A DNA stretch of 62,039 nucleotides, filler included. It is 8 parts of 8 records of this genome, joined end to end, with 100 filler letters (N's around TTAATTAATTAA, not from the genome) between each part and the next. Parts side by side here need not be neighbours in the genome. Positions count along the whole stretch, not along the records: positions 1 to 21,133 come from SRR15195285_314; positions 21,234 to 30,372 come from SRR15195285_315; 6 more parts are not named here. The stretch is one strand, 5' to 3'. The notes beneath the pieces were generated by a model that did not search any database, was not told where the DNA came from, and saw nothing but the letters and a program-made list of their open reading frames with translations. This document shows, one piece after another, positions 18,709 to 27,711 of the stretch. Within the stretch, counting starts at the first letter, position 1; each line of letters starts with the position of its first letter. Made by a program: the position numbers and the translations under genes.

Positions 18709-20289
18709 TCACTCTGACCCGACCCTGTTGATTGGAGTGGTCAGGCTATCCTTCTGCTCCTCTGGAAGTCGTCGGTGGGTTTTGAAGTAACAGCAGAAAA
18801 AGCAGAAGATAACAGCCTGAGCTGCGATTAGAATTTCTGTTCCGTGGTGCGGATCGTCGAGTTTGCATCCCTGCGAGAAAAAGTATGTCGGAAAATCGAA
18901 GTGGCAAAGCGATGCTACGTCTTGGCATGTCCCGCTCCCGCTCCCATCTAAAGTGCAAGCATCGCACGACTTGGTGGCGTTGTCGACGAGGCTTGGTAGA
19001 TAATTTTCGTCTTCGTAGGCCATTTTAAGATCGATCGTCATGCCGCACAGCTCCGCGTTCACCTCTTCAAAGGTGTTCTCCTTGACGCTGAAAACGTATG
19101 CTCCAATAGTTGGTCCAAGAAATCTTCCGAGAGAGCCACTGGCAGGCATAAAGGCTGTATACAGCCCAATCTGCTCCGGGATCACGTGTGCATACTGTGA
19201 GATTTTCTTCGTGTAGAAAGACTCGCACATCGGAAAGAAAAAGATGAGGCCTGCCCCGAGGAATCCAGTGCTGACGAAAAAGAACAAGTCATCTGACAGC
19301 AGCAGGGCACCAAGTCCGACGATGAAGAACATATTGCCAGAAAGAATGAACATATAGTCTCGGATCCCAGCTGCCTTTCCTTTGGCAGAGTGAAGCGTCT
19401 TGAAAAGCACGATACCGACGCTTGCTCCCACTGCGAGACCGATGAAGACGATGTACATGTCTTGGCTGTTTTCAATCATCTGGTACTTGGCGAAGGCGAA
19501 GGCGAAGAGTTGACTGTAGATGGCGAAAACGGCGAACGTCGAGATGAAGCCAGTCACCGAGAACGTAACTACGTGGTACCACAGTGCTCCCATGTCGCTC
19601 CTGCGCCCATAGAAGCTTCCACGAAATTCTTCCGCCGAGGAACCTTTGAACATAGGGAGATCTCCCTGCGGTGTCTTGAAGTACACCACGACGAGAATCA
19701 AGGCAACAAGTGACAGCAGTGTGGTAATCCACCCTGGGAGCGTATAGAAGTTGACCACTCTGTCAAACGAGCTCGAGATGGCAGTTGGAAACGCGGTCAT
19801 CGCCATCGGGGCTTGCGTAGCAATGGCGCGTGCGATCGTCTGCGCAATGCGGTAGGTCGTGATTGCCTCGTCGCGGTCACTGATACTGGTCGTGATGGTG
19901 AAAAACGTGACGCCTAGAGACAGCGCTGCGCTTCCGCACCCTGCGATGAGGCGCCCCACCAGGATCAGTTCCCAGTGGCCGTACTCATCTCCTTCATGTC
20001 CTTCGGCTTGGGGATTTGAGAACCAGAAGGCCATTGAGTACATCACGTTACCCAGAATGTTCAGCGATAGCGTGACGATGAGAGCTGTCTTCATGCCACA
20101 TGAGTCAGAGATCTTGCCAAAGAGAGGAATGAACACAAACTGGGTCAGGTCGTAGCATCCGAACGCGAAGCCGTAATACGCAGGATTCCCGCCCGTGATG
20201 CTCCAGTAACTCTGGATCGACATGGCGACGACCGTAAAGTCAAACGCCAGCGCGAATCCAACCACATACATCACCGTCGAGGGCTGCAT
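18709..20289 (-). CDS. Major facilitator superfamily transporter (MFSD8/CLN7-like)
   Basis: About 12 hydrophobic segments, motif A-like FGKISDSCG, GRLIAGCG, NFYTLPGW, GSLGRFLGPTIG and a Cys-rich loop near the C-terminus. First ATG at 20289; an upstream exon is possible. Confidence 0.85.
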   Translation of the reverse strand: MQPSTVMYVVGFALAFDFTVVAMSIQSYWSITGGNPAYYGFAFGCYDLTQFVFIPLFGKISDSCGMKTALIVTLSLNILGNVMYSMAFWFSNPQAEGHEGDEYGHWELILVGRLIAGCGSAALSLGVTFFTITTSISDRDEAITTYRIAQTIARAIATQAPMAMTAFPTAISSSFDRVVNFYTLPGWITTLLSLVALILVVVYFKTPQGDLPMFKGSSAEEFRGSFYGRRSDMGALWYHVVTFSVTGFISTFAVFAIYSQLFAFAFAKYQMIENSQDMYIVFIGLAVGASVGIVLFKTLHSAKGKAAGIRDYMFILSGNMFFIVGLGALLLSDDLFFFVSTGFLGAGLIFFFPMCESFYTKKISQYAHVIPEQIGLYTAFMPASGSLGRFLGPTIGAYVFSVKENTFEEVNAELCGMTIDLKMAYEDENYLPSLVDNATKSCDACTLDGSGSGTCQDVASLCHFDFPTYFFSQGCKLDDPHHGTEILIAAQAVIFCFFCCYFKTHRRLPEEQKDSLTTPINRVGSE

Positions 20290-20733
20290 CTTCGCTGCAA
20301 GGTCCAACGCCCCTCCACTTTAAACACACACCCCCTCGCGACACGCTGGAGGTCGCGAGGTCGGCGGCCCGGACTCCGCCCGAGACGAGTCAGGCGCGTC
20401 TCTCGGTCTCACCGCCGGCCCATGCAGCAGTCTGCAGTGTACTAGTCTACTATCATAGTATAATGGTACGACTGTAGAGCGCGCCTCCATGTACAGTACT
20501 ATGAATAAATAGTACCGTACATGAATGGCATGCTCCCGACGACAGCGGGTGTCGAGGGTGTACTCTAGATCTAGTACAGTACAGTAGTTACTCAGCAGTC
20601 AATTGCAATTGGATGAAAAGTTACCGGTGTGCACACCGCTACTAAGTACTAGTACTATTACATACTATGAATAGTAGTACCCGGATTCTGCATTCAGAGT
20701 AGAGTAGATCTACCCCGTAGAGAGAGTGACTTG

Positions 20734-20801
20734 CTGACGCATTGACGTGAACCTGACGCATTGACGTGGTCACCAAAAAATGCTTGACGCGGGCTGACGG
20801 T
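20734..20801. promoter_or_regulatory. Cluster of TGACG motifs including a 16-bp direct repeat CTGACGCATTGACGTG x2, upstream of the MFS gene
   Basis: Repeat copies at 20734-20749 and 20753-20768, with further TGACG near 20786 and 20796. Confidence 0.35.
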
Positions 20802-21133
20802 CTCATTGCCGGTACAGTACTATTGATAGATCTAGTATGTCCGCTGCTATCTCCGGATAGATCTAACGCGGCATCCTCACTCGAGACTCCTCACGACCAA
20901 CACCGACGAAGACGCCGCGCCGGCGACGGTGCGCATGCCCCGCATGCGACATGCGTGCGCCGCGCTGAATGAACCCGCGGCTCGCTGGCGCGCGTGGCGG
21001 CCTGGCGGCGCGTGGACATCGGCGGCGAGGACGCACGGACCCAGGGACCCCCGGCGAGACCCCCTGCGGGTGTGGCACCAGACGACGGTCCAGGCCATTT
21101 GAGAGCGGCTGCAGCTGTGAGGGGGGGGGGGGG

Positions 21134-21233
21134 NNNNNNNNNNNNNNNNNNNNNNNNNNNNNNNNNNNNNNNNNNNNTTAATTAATTAANNNNNNNNNNN
21201 NNNNNNNNNNNNNNNNNNNNNNNNNNNNNNNNN
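21134..21233. other. Artificial contig linker (N44-TTAATTAATTAA-N44)
   Basis: 100-nt N run with a six-frame stop cassette, identical in form at seven positions. Confidence 0.98.
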
Positions 21234-23573
21234 CTGGCACCGCTCACGTACGACGAGATGACCGTGAAGCTGACCAGACGGCAGCGCCTGATGCTAACGC
21301 TGAGCATCGTGCTGCCGGAGGACGTGGCGCTCCGTCACAGGTGGCTGGAGGTCGAGCTGCCGCTTCTCGCGGAACAGCTTCGTGCCACATTTCCAGCCCT
21401 GGGCTCGGCCGCGTACTGGGTGCCTGCTCTGCATGCGACACCGAAGGGCACTTCTGCAATCGGCTTTCGCGCACCCCCCGGTCCTTTCAGCGCGTATCCC
21501 TACACGGTGTTCGTCGGCAAGGAAAAGCTGGTCGAGGAGATTCCAACCGGGGAGTGTGCGCCGCTGCCGTACTTCATTTCGCACGGCACGTTCTCTGAGA
21601 TCAACCACTACATGGAAGATCACATTGTACCCACAATCATGGACTTTGTTCGCCGCCCACTTGGCGCATGCGGCAGTTTGCCTGGGGTGTTGGACGGCGA
21701 CCAGGTGGAACTTCTGGTTACCGGCCGCGACACAAATTCCGTTTCTCTCGGTTTAGGCCGCACGCGCGGGCCATGGCATTCGATTCACGCCGTGTCGCAC
21801 TGCCACTTAGTAGCTGATGACTGTGCACACAATCAGCGTGAGCTATATCCGGACTTGGATGGCCGTTATAGTGCGCAGCAGTGCGATAAGGGCCTGACGC
21901 ATGAGCTCATCGCGTCCCTGCAGACACAGAGACCAATGGTGGCAGTACTTTCGTCGGGCAGGCATGGTCTGCGTCCAGCAGTCATAGAGGCCCTCAGAGC
22001 TAAGCCAAACATCGTTCGAGTTGTTTACGATTCGTGCAATCCCGCGTCGTTACGCCGTGACATGGCTCGCTTTATGGCAGGAGAGAGCGGTTTCGTCTTG
22101 GAGAACTTTCGCTCTTTTGATTTTTTCGCGTCGACACCGTGCGTACATAGTCACTTGCTTTTGTCGGCTGGCTAGTGCATTTTCGTAAGTCTGTACAGAC
22201 GTCCAAATTCTAGGTTTCTGAGAGTTTGTGCGCATGTGTCACGCAAATACAGATACATGGCAAGTATAACTTCATTTGTGCGACGTCGGCGCAGCCTCAT
22301 TGTTCCTGTTGGGCCATGCGGGGTTGGCAAGTCTACCTTTGCATCTGCGCTGCGGACGGGCTCTGGGCCAGCTTGTTGCCTTTCTATCTTCGATCGAGAT
22401 CAAGTCTTTACTGAGCACCGTGGGATTATGATGCCAGCATCACCTGATGCCTCCGGGTCCGGGCCAGGAGCGCAGGAAGGCAGCGACGCAGAACAAGGGT
22501 CGACTGCCATCCAGCGAGAGCGAAACAATGAAGCGCAAGACTCACCAGACGTGAGCGAGGAGAATCTCCACGCAGTGATTGACAGTGTTTGGGACGCGTG
22601 CGGACAGTGTGGAGCCAAGGGACAAGCACGCCGTTTGGCTACATTAATGCATGCTGTATCAGCTGCAAACCCAGATGCGGCGCGCGCCATAGGCAAGCCA
22701 TCGAGCAAGTGGTTCAAGCAACGACCGCGTTCCTTCGTTTTGAAACCCATTAAGGGAGGACAGCATCTCGTGACTCGCGCCGCTGAGATCACCGAATGGG
22801 ATGAGCATGAGCAACAGGCACGTAAGCATCAGAAGCTTGCACGCTCCAGCAGCACTGAAGCGGTGAGAATCAAGCACTGTCAAGTACTTGGTGTGGAGCA
22901 GTCTGCGTCCGCCGATACAATCCGGATGCGATATCACATGTTGGCGCGCACGATGCATCCGGACAAGGGCGGGAAAGTCGACGAATTTGCAGCGATTCAG
23001 AGCAGTTACGAGGCACTACTTGGGGTTCGGACAGTGACACTGCGCGAGGCACTGCAGGCCACTCACAGTGACCTCGTGCGGTTCTTGAGTCCACTGGCAC
23101 GGAAGGAGTGGACGCTAGGTGCGCCGGTGGAGCACAACGACGCGAATTGTGCCGTGCCCGACGGCACAACGCTACTTCTCGATTCTACAAATGGTTCGCG
23201 CGATGGTCGTGATCACGCACGGCGCGTCTCCGCGGCAGCGAGAACAATTGTGGTGCAGCTGCGGCCTAAGCACATGGACGAGGAGCTTGAGCATTGGATA
23301 CTTGGGCGTGTCAAAAATCGCCCCTCACATCCAGCATTTCCACCAGACGACGCTCCAGAAAAGCAGCTGCGCAAGATCAGAGATGTCATGAAGGGAATGC
23401 AATGGGTAGATGAAGAGGAGCGCGAGAAGCTTGCCGAGGCGAGTGTGACCGGAAGCGGTGGCGGCGTGCTCGAGTGCGATCCAAGTGACGAGACGGCGCT
23501 GTTGGAGTTATCATACCAGGTGTGGGCATGGGTTTTCTTGGCTGAGTCAGTACGCGACAAAGTCGATCTGTAA
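21234..23573 (+). CDS. 5'-partial fusion protein: TrmA/RlmD-like RNA m5U methyltransferase C-terminal region + P-loop kinase-like domain containing a DnaJ domain; intron 22139-22252
   Basis: VVYDSCNPASLRRD and FDFFASTP in the first ORF. A 114-nt GTGCGT..ACAG intron joins it in frame (..STP|YMASITSFVRR) to ORF 22236..23573, which has GPCGVGKS, VLGV..HPDKGG..F..IQSSYEAL and LLLDSTN. The frame is open back to the contig edge. Confidence 0.65.
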
Positions 23574-23779
23574 TGTGGCGTCTGCAGCCAGGATGACCGT
23601 CTCGGGGGCGTGGTTCTTAAAATTGTTGGTAGCACTGTCGACTGTGCCTCACATAGAATGCGTGGAACGAACGCTTGGAGCGGAACGCTTACATTCCCAG
23701 CTATCGCTGTTACTCTGTCCTGCTCGGCTTGCTGGCCTGTAGCCACTGCAATGCTTTGCGCCCGAGAACAATTGCTTGC

Positions 23780-26731
23780 TCACACTACTGTAAGCGTGAA
23801 ATCAGAGAGAATGTGTGCATCCGGCTTGCGCAGGCCAAGCACGCCTGTCTCTTCCGAGTACGCGAAAGCGAGTTCGCGTGGCTCTTTGCCCGCTTCGGTG
23901 ATTGTCACTTTCGTTGGCTTGCTGCCCCATCCCCAGACAAGAATGCGCTCAACCGTGACACTGTCTGCTAGAGTCAAGGCGCCAGCTGCTATGTTAGGGT
24001 TGCCATACGGAGCCGGAGCCTCTTTGGAGGTGAGTGTGTTGCCAGACCACTCGAAGCGACGGCGCGAGAATGCGCCTTTAGTCTGGTGGTCGAAAGAGTG
24101 ACCGTCGTCAAGGTATAGGTCGCCGGATGCGCTGCCACCAGCTGCCGCCTTCGGAGTGTCGAGCGCAATCACAAGAGTGTATGGGTCGTTTGCCTGCGCA
24201 GATGACGAGCGACGGACCCGCATCTTTTTGGGAATGATGGAGCCACCTCGCTGGTAAACAGGGATCTTCTCAAGCGGAGTGGGCACGGTTACGCGCTGGC
24301 CACCATCTGTCGGCTGGGTTGTTGAGACATCATACCATTGTTGCGCCTTGCCGCCGGGGAAGTAGACAGAGACCGAAGTGGTGCCCGGTGCCGTGACAGG
24401 CTTGACCAGCAGATCCTCTCCAGCCAGAAACTGGTCGTCGAGTGCGAAGGTCTCGGTGTCCGCAGGGTAGTGTGCCCAGAGAGGTCTGATCACCGGGTAA
24501 GCCACGAGAGACGCAGTGTGGTAAAGCGTGTAGTAGAACGGGAGCAACTGGTAGCGTTGCAGCACAGCGCGGCGCAAGTGTGTCAGGGTTGGCTCGCCCA
24601 TCACCCAGGGCTCGCGGCGCTTTGCGTCGTGGTGAGCGTGCGCGCGGAAAAATGGCTGCAGGGACCCTGCCTGGTACCAACGGATGAGTAGCTCAGAGTC
24701 TGGGTTGCCGAAGAATCCGCCGACATCTGCGCCAGAGAACGGAAGACCGGTCATTCCGATGGTCAGCAGCATCGGGGTAGAGATTGCCAGGTGAGACCAG
24801 TCCGCCTTGTTGTCGCCGGTCCAGATGGCGCCCCATTTCTGAGAACCCGCATAGAACGATCGCGACAGCACAAACGGCCGGTCATTCTGGTCCGCGTTAC
24901 GCTTGATGAGACCCTCTGCTGTGGCACGGTGCTGGTACATGCCGTACAGGTTGTGCCACTCACGGTGCTCAACACCGTCAAGGTTCTTGCAGTCTTTTTG
25001 CATTGAGACTTCCGGACCGTTGAAGACGGACGGCTCGTTCATATCGTTCCATGTATACAGGGCGTCGGTGCTTCCAACATACTTGTCATAGTCAAATTGG
25101 GAGGCCCACCAGTCGCGGACCTTCTCGGTAGTGTAATCTAAGTACGATGAAGAGCCTGGCCAGCACCAGCCATCGAAGTCGTTGCCGTCCTTGTTCTTGA
25201 TGTAGTAGCCCTTGGCGCTAGCCTCTTTGTGCACGTGATAGCCGGAGTCGATCTTGATGTGCGGGTCAACGATGGTGACCATTTTGCGACCAGTTGCGGC
25301 GATGGTGTCGATCATCTTCTTCGGCTCTGGGAAGTTGTGCTTATCCCACGTGAAGTAGCGCTTGCCATCCGTATGCTCAATATCAAGCCACAGCACGTCG
25401 TACGGGAAGTCCAACTCCTCGAATTTCCCGTGTACAGCCAGAGCGTCGGCCTCATCATTGTAGTTCCAGCGGCATTGGTGGTAAGCGATGGAGAACAACG
25501 GCGGCAGTGCAGTAGTGCCGGTCAGTGTGCCCCACTGCTCAAAAAGGTCGAGCGCAGTCGGCCCGGAAAGCAGCATAAGGTCAACGATGCCGGACTCGCT
25601 GATCCAGTGCGTGTCGATCTGGGAGCCACCCGATTCACCCACGTCGACGAACAACTCCGATGGATTGTGCCAGAACGCACCGACCGTCTTCTTGGCGTCG
25701 TGGCCAATCATGAGCGGGATGTCACCATACAGAGCCATCGGAACGTCGAGCTCGTACTCGAAGACGTCCAGGGTGTAGAGGCGGTACGGCTCGGCCCAGT
25801 CGCCCGTACGTGAGCCGCCAGTGGGTTTGAGGGCCATCTGTGTCGCGTGTTCCGGGATTCCGTACACGTAAGCGGCGCCATGGAAGTTGAGGTCCATGCC
25901 CACAGACGATGGGCCAAGTGGCTTTGTGTCCACGTGCGATTGGAAGTTTTCTTCCCAGCAGCCGTCGCAGTCCTCATCGCCCGGTGGAGGGGGAGCCGTC
26001 TCGACAGCTTCCGCTGGCACCTCGTCGGCACTGGTCGTGCCATCTTCGTAGATCGCGCGCCCGTGCTCGTCGTAGTCCACAATTTTCTTGGTGCTCTTGG
26101 TGTCGTCTTCCGTCGTGGCAGTGGCGGCGGCGGGGGCAACCGCCTCGCCCTTGTGGTGACGGTGCTCGAAATGGAAGAGGCTTCGGCTGTTGGCGCTGAT
26201 GGCCAGCTCCCCGTTGATGTACTGCTCGAGCTTGAAGGGCTTGTAGGTGATCACGAGCACCGAGTTGGTGCTCTCGGCGCCGTACGCGATGGCAATGCCA
26301 CTGCCTGCAGCTGGGGTGCCGGCGGGTGCTTTCGGATCGCCCGGCTGCAGTGTCCGGTGAGGAGTCTGTGCCAGCGGCTCGATGATGTCGGGCACCTCCC
26401 AGCGCGGGTACTTCGGCTCAGTAATACGCGCACGCGCGATTCCGCTCCCCAGGAATGTCACCTCGAGGGCCAGCGGCACCGGCCCCCCCTCCAGGTGCGC
26501 GTGCAGCGCCTCGGTGCCGTCGGTGCCGGAGACCGTCGTCGGCGCCACCCAGTAGTTGTGCTCCGGTGTTTTCCCACGGTGCCTGCGACAGAAGCCCGTC
26601 ATCGCACACGTCCGAAACTTGTGCTTGTCCACCGCCTCCGCCTGCTGCAGTCCACCCGCCGCGCAGAGCGCCACGGCGAGCGCCACCGCCGGCCGGAGCC
26701 CCATCATCCGGAGCCCCATCATCGTCCCCAT
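23780..26731 (-). CDS. GANAB: Glucosidase II alpha subunit (GH31)
   Basis: Signal peptide then VDKHKFRTC..GFCRRHR, YHQCRWNY, WLDIEHTDGKRYFTWD, catalytic WNDMNEPSVF, WTGDN and FFRAHAH. No intron is needed. Confidence 0.95.
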   Translation of the reverse strand: MGTMMGLRMMGLRPAVALAVALCAAGGLQQAEAVDKHKFRTCAMTGFCRRHRGKTPEHNYWVAPTTVSGTDGTEALHAHLEGGPVPLALEVTFLGSGIARARITEPKYPRWEVPDIIEPLAQTPHRTLQPGDPKAPAGTPAAGSGIAIAYGAESTNSVLVITYKPFKLEQYINGELAISANSRSLFHFEHRHHKGEAVAPAAATATTEDDTKSTKKIVDYDEHGRAIYEDGTTSADEVPAEAVETAPPPPGDEDCDGCWEENFQSHVDTKPLGPSSVGMDLNFHGAAYVYGIPEHATQMALKPTGGSRTGDWAEPYRLYTLDVFEYELDVPMALYGDIPLMIGHDAKKTVGAFWHNPSELFVDVGESGGSQIDTHWISESGIVDLMLLSGPTALDLFEQWGTLTGTTALPPLFSIAYHQCRWNYNDEADALAVHGKFEELDFPYDVLWLDIEHTDGKRYFTWDKHNFPEPKKMIDTIAATGRKMVTIVDPHIKIDSGYHVHKEASAKGYYIKNKDGNDFDGWCWPGSSSYLDYTTEKVRDWWASQFDYDKYVGSTDALYTWNDMNEPSVFNGPEVSMQKDCKNLDGVEHREWHNLYGMYQHRATAEGLIKRNADQNDRPFVLSRSFYAGSQKWGAIWTGDNKADWSHLAISTPMLLTIGMTGLPFSGADVGGFFGNPDSELLIRWYQAGSLQPFFRAHAHHDAKRREPWVMGEPTLTHLRRAVLQRYQLLPFYYTLYHTASLVAYPVIRPLWAHYPADTETFALDDQFLAGEDLLVKPVTAPGTTSVSVYFPGGKAQQWYDVSTTQPTDGGQRVTVPTPLEKIPVYQRGGSIIPKKMRVRRSSSAQANDPYTLVIALDTPKAAAGGSASGDLYLDDGHSFDHQTKGAFSRRRFEWSGNTLTSKEAPAPYGNPNIAAGALTLADSVTVERILVWGWGSKPTKVTITEAGKEPRELAFAYSEETGVLGLRKPDAHILSDFTLTVV

Positions 26732-27711
26732 CGGCGCCAAAATGCCCAAATCGTAGAGTAATTCAAACTCATAATATTTGATGTCATTTTATATACAAAA
26801 TATTAGCCACCTCTCGACCATTAGTGCGAGATTGTAGTGGGCAAACAGGCAGCCCACCGGAAATTCTATGTGAATTTGTTATGTATAGTAGCGGATCCAT
26901 GAGGACCCCGCGAGGGCCGAAAATGTTGATCAACGGAATGTTCGGGTCTGAACCGGCGGCGGCGCGGGAAACCTGTCTTCGAGACTCTCGGGATCACACT
27001 CCCGACATCCGTATCAGCTATTGTCACGAACAGGGGGGTCAGGATTCAATCCACAGGCGGGCCAGAACCCCACTAATATCAGCAATGGTATGCGAACTAA
27101 ACCAGCAGCTCGGGGCGGTCAGCGGAATGTTTTACAAGTGTATTTCTCAGTGAGTTCTATCTAGCTAGTTCCTACTCCATAACGCATAAGAACCAACCCA
27201 GCCTCGAGCCTGTGAGAGTGATGCTGATGGCTGGATGCTTGGATTTGCTGGTTTACAGGTTTAGGATCCTAGTGTTTTGTTGGCGTGTGCTGCATGGACC
27301 CATGGTCGCTCGAAAGCTTTAACAATGCGTTACGTGTGGTTCGCGAGGCGATGCTCATACCTAGCCGATGTGCTGTGCGCCCCCTTGCAGCGCCCGTAGG
27401 AGAAAACAAAGACTTGGGCGTGGATATGGAGTGCGCGCGGAATAAATCGATTGTTTGCAAACACCGCTATTCAGCTAATTGCTAGGCGCTTAGTCAGATC
27501 GCAAATTGGCCCAACATGGAGAGAGGTTCTGTGCGTGAGTCCAAGGCCACTGTGGCGTCTGCCGGCCACACGGGCCGGAGGCATCGCTGGGCCAGGTGAG
27601 CATCTTTAGGGTGCTGCACCAGTACTCCTGGAGGGTCTCGCCCTCCTAGATGAAGACCGCGGAGGTTTTCGGCCTTGGCGATGGCCGCAGCGTGGTCCCG
27701 AGTGGAGAAGA

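Noticed and set aside
21134-21233. TTAATTAATTAA recurring seven times within N runs
   Set aside because: Artificial concatenation linker, not a biological repeat or CRISPR. Adjacency across linkers carries no information, so genes beyond 21133 were not treated as part of the NRPS cluster.
26693-26722. 15-nt tandem repeat encoding MMGLRMMGLR at the GANAB start
   Set aside because: A small duplication in the signal-peptide leader, of little consequence.
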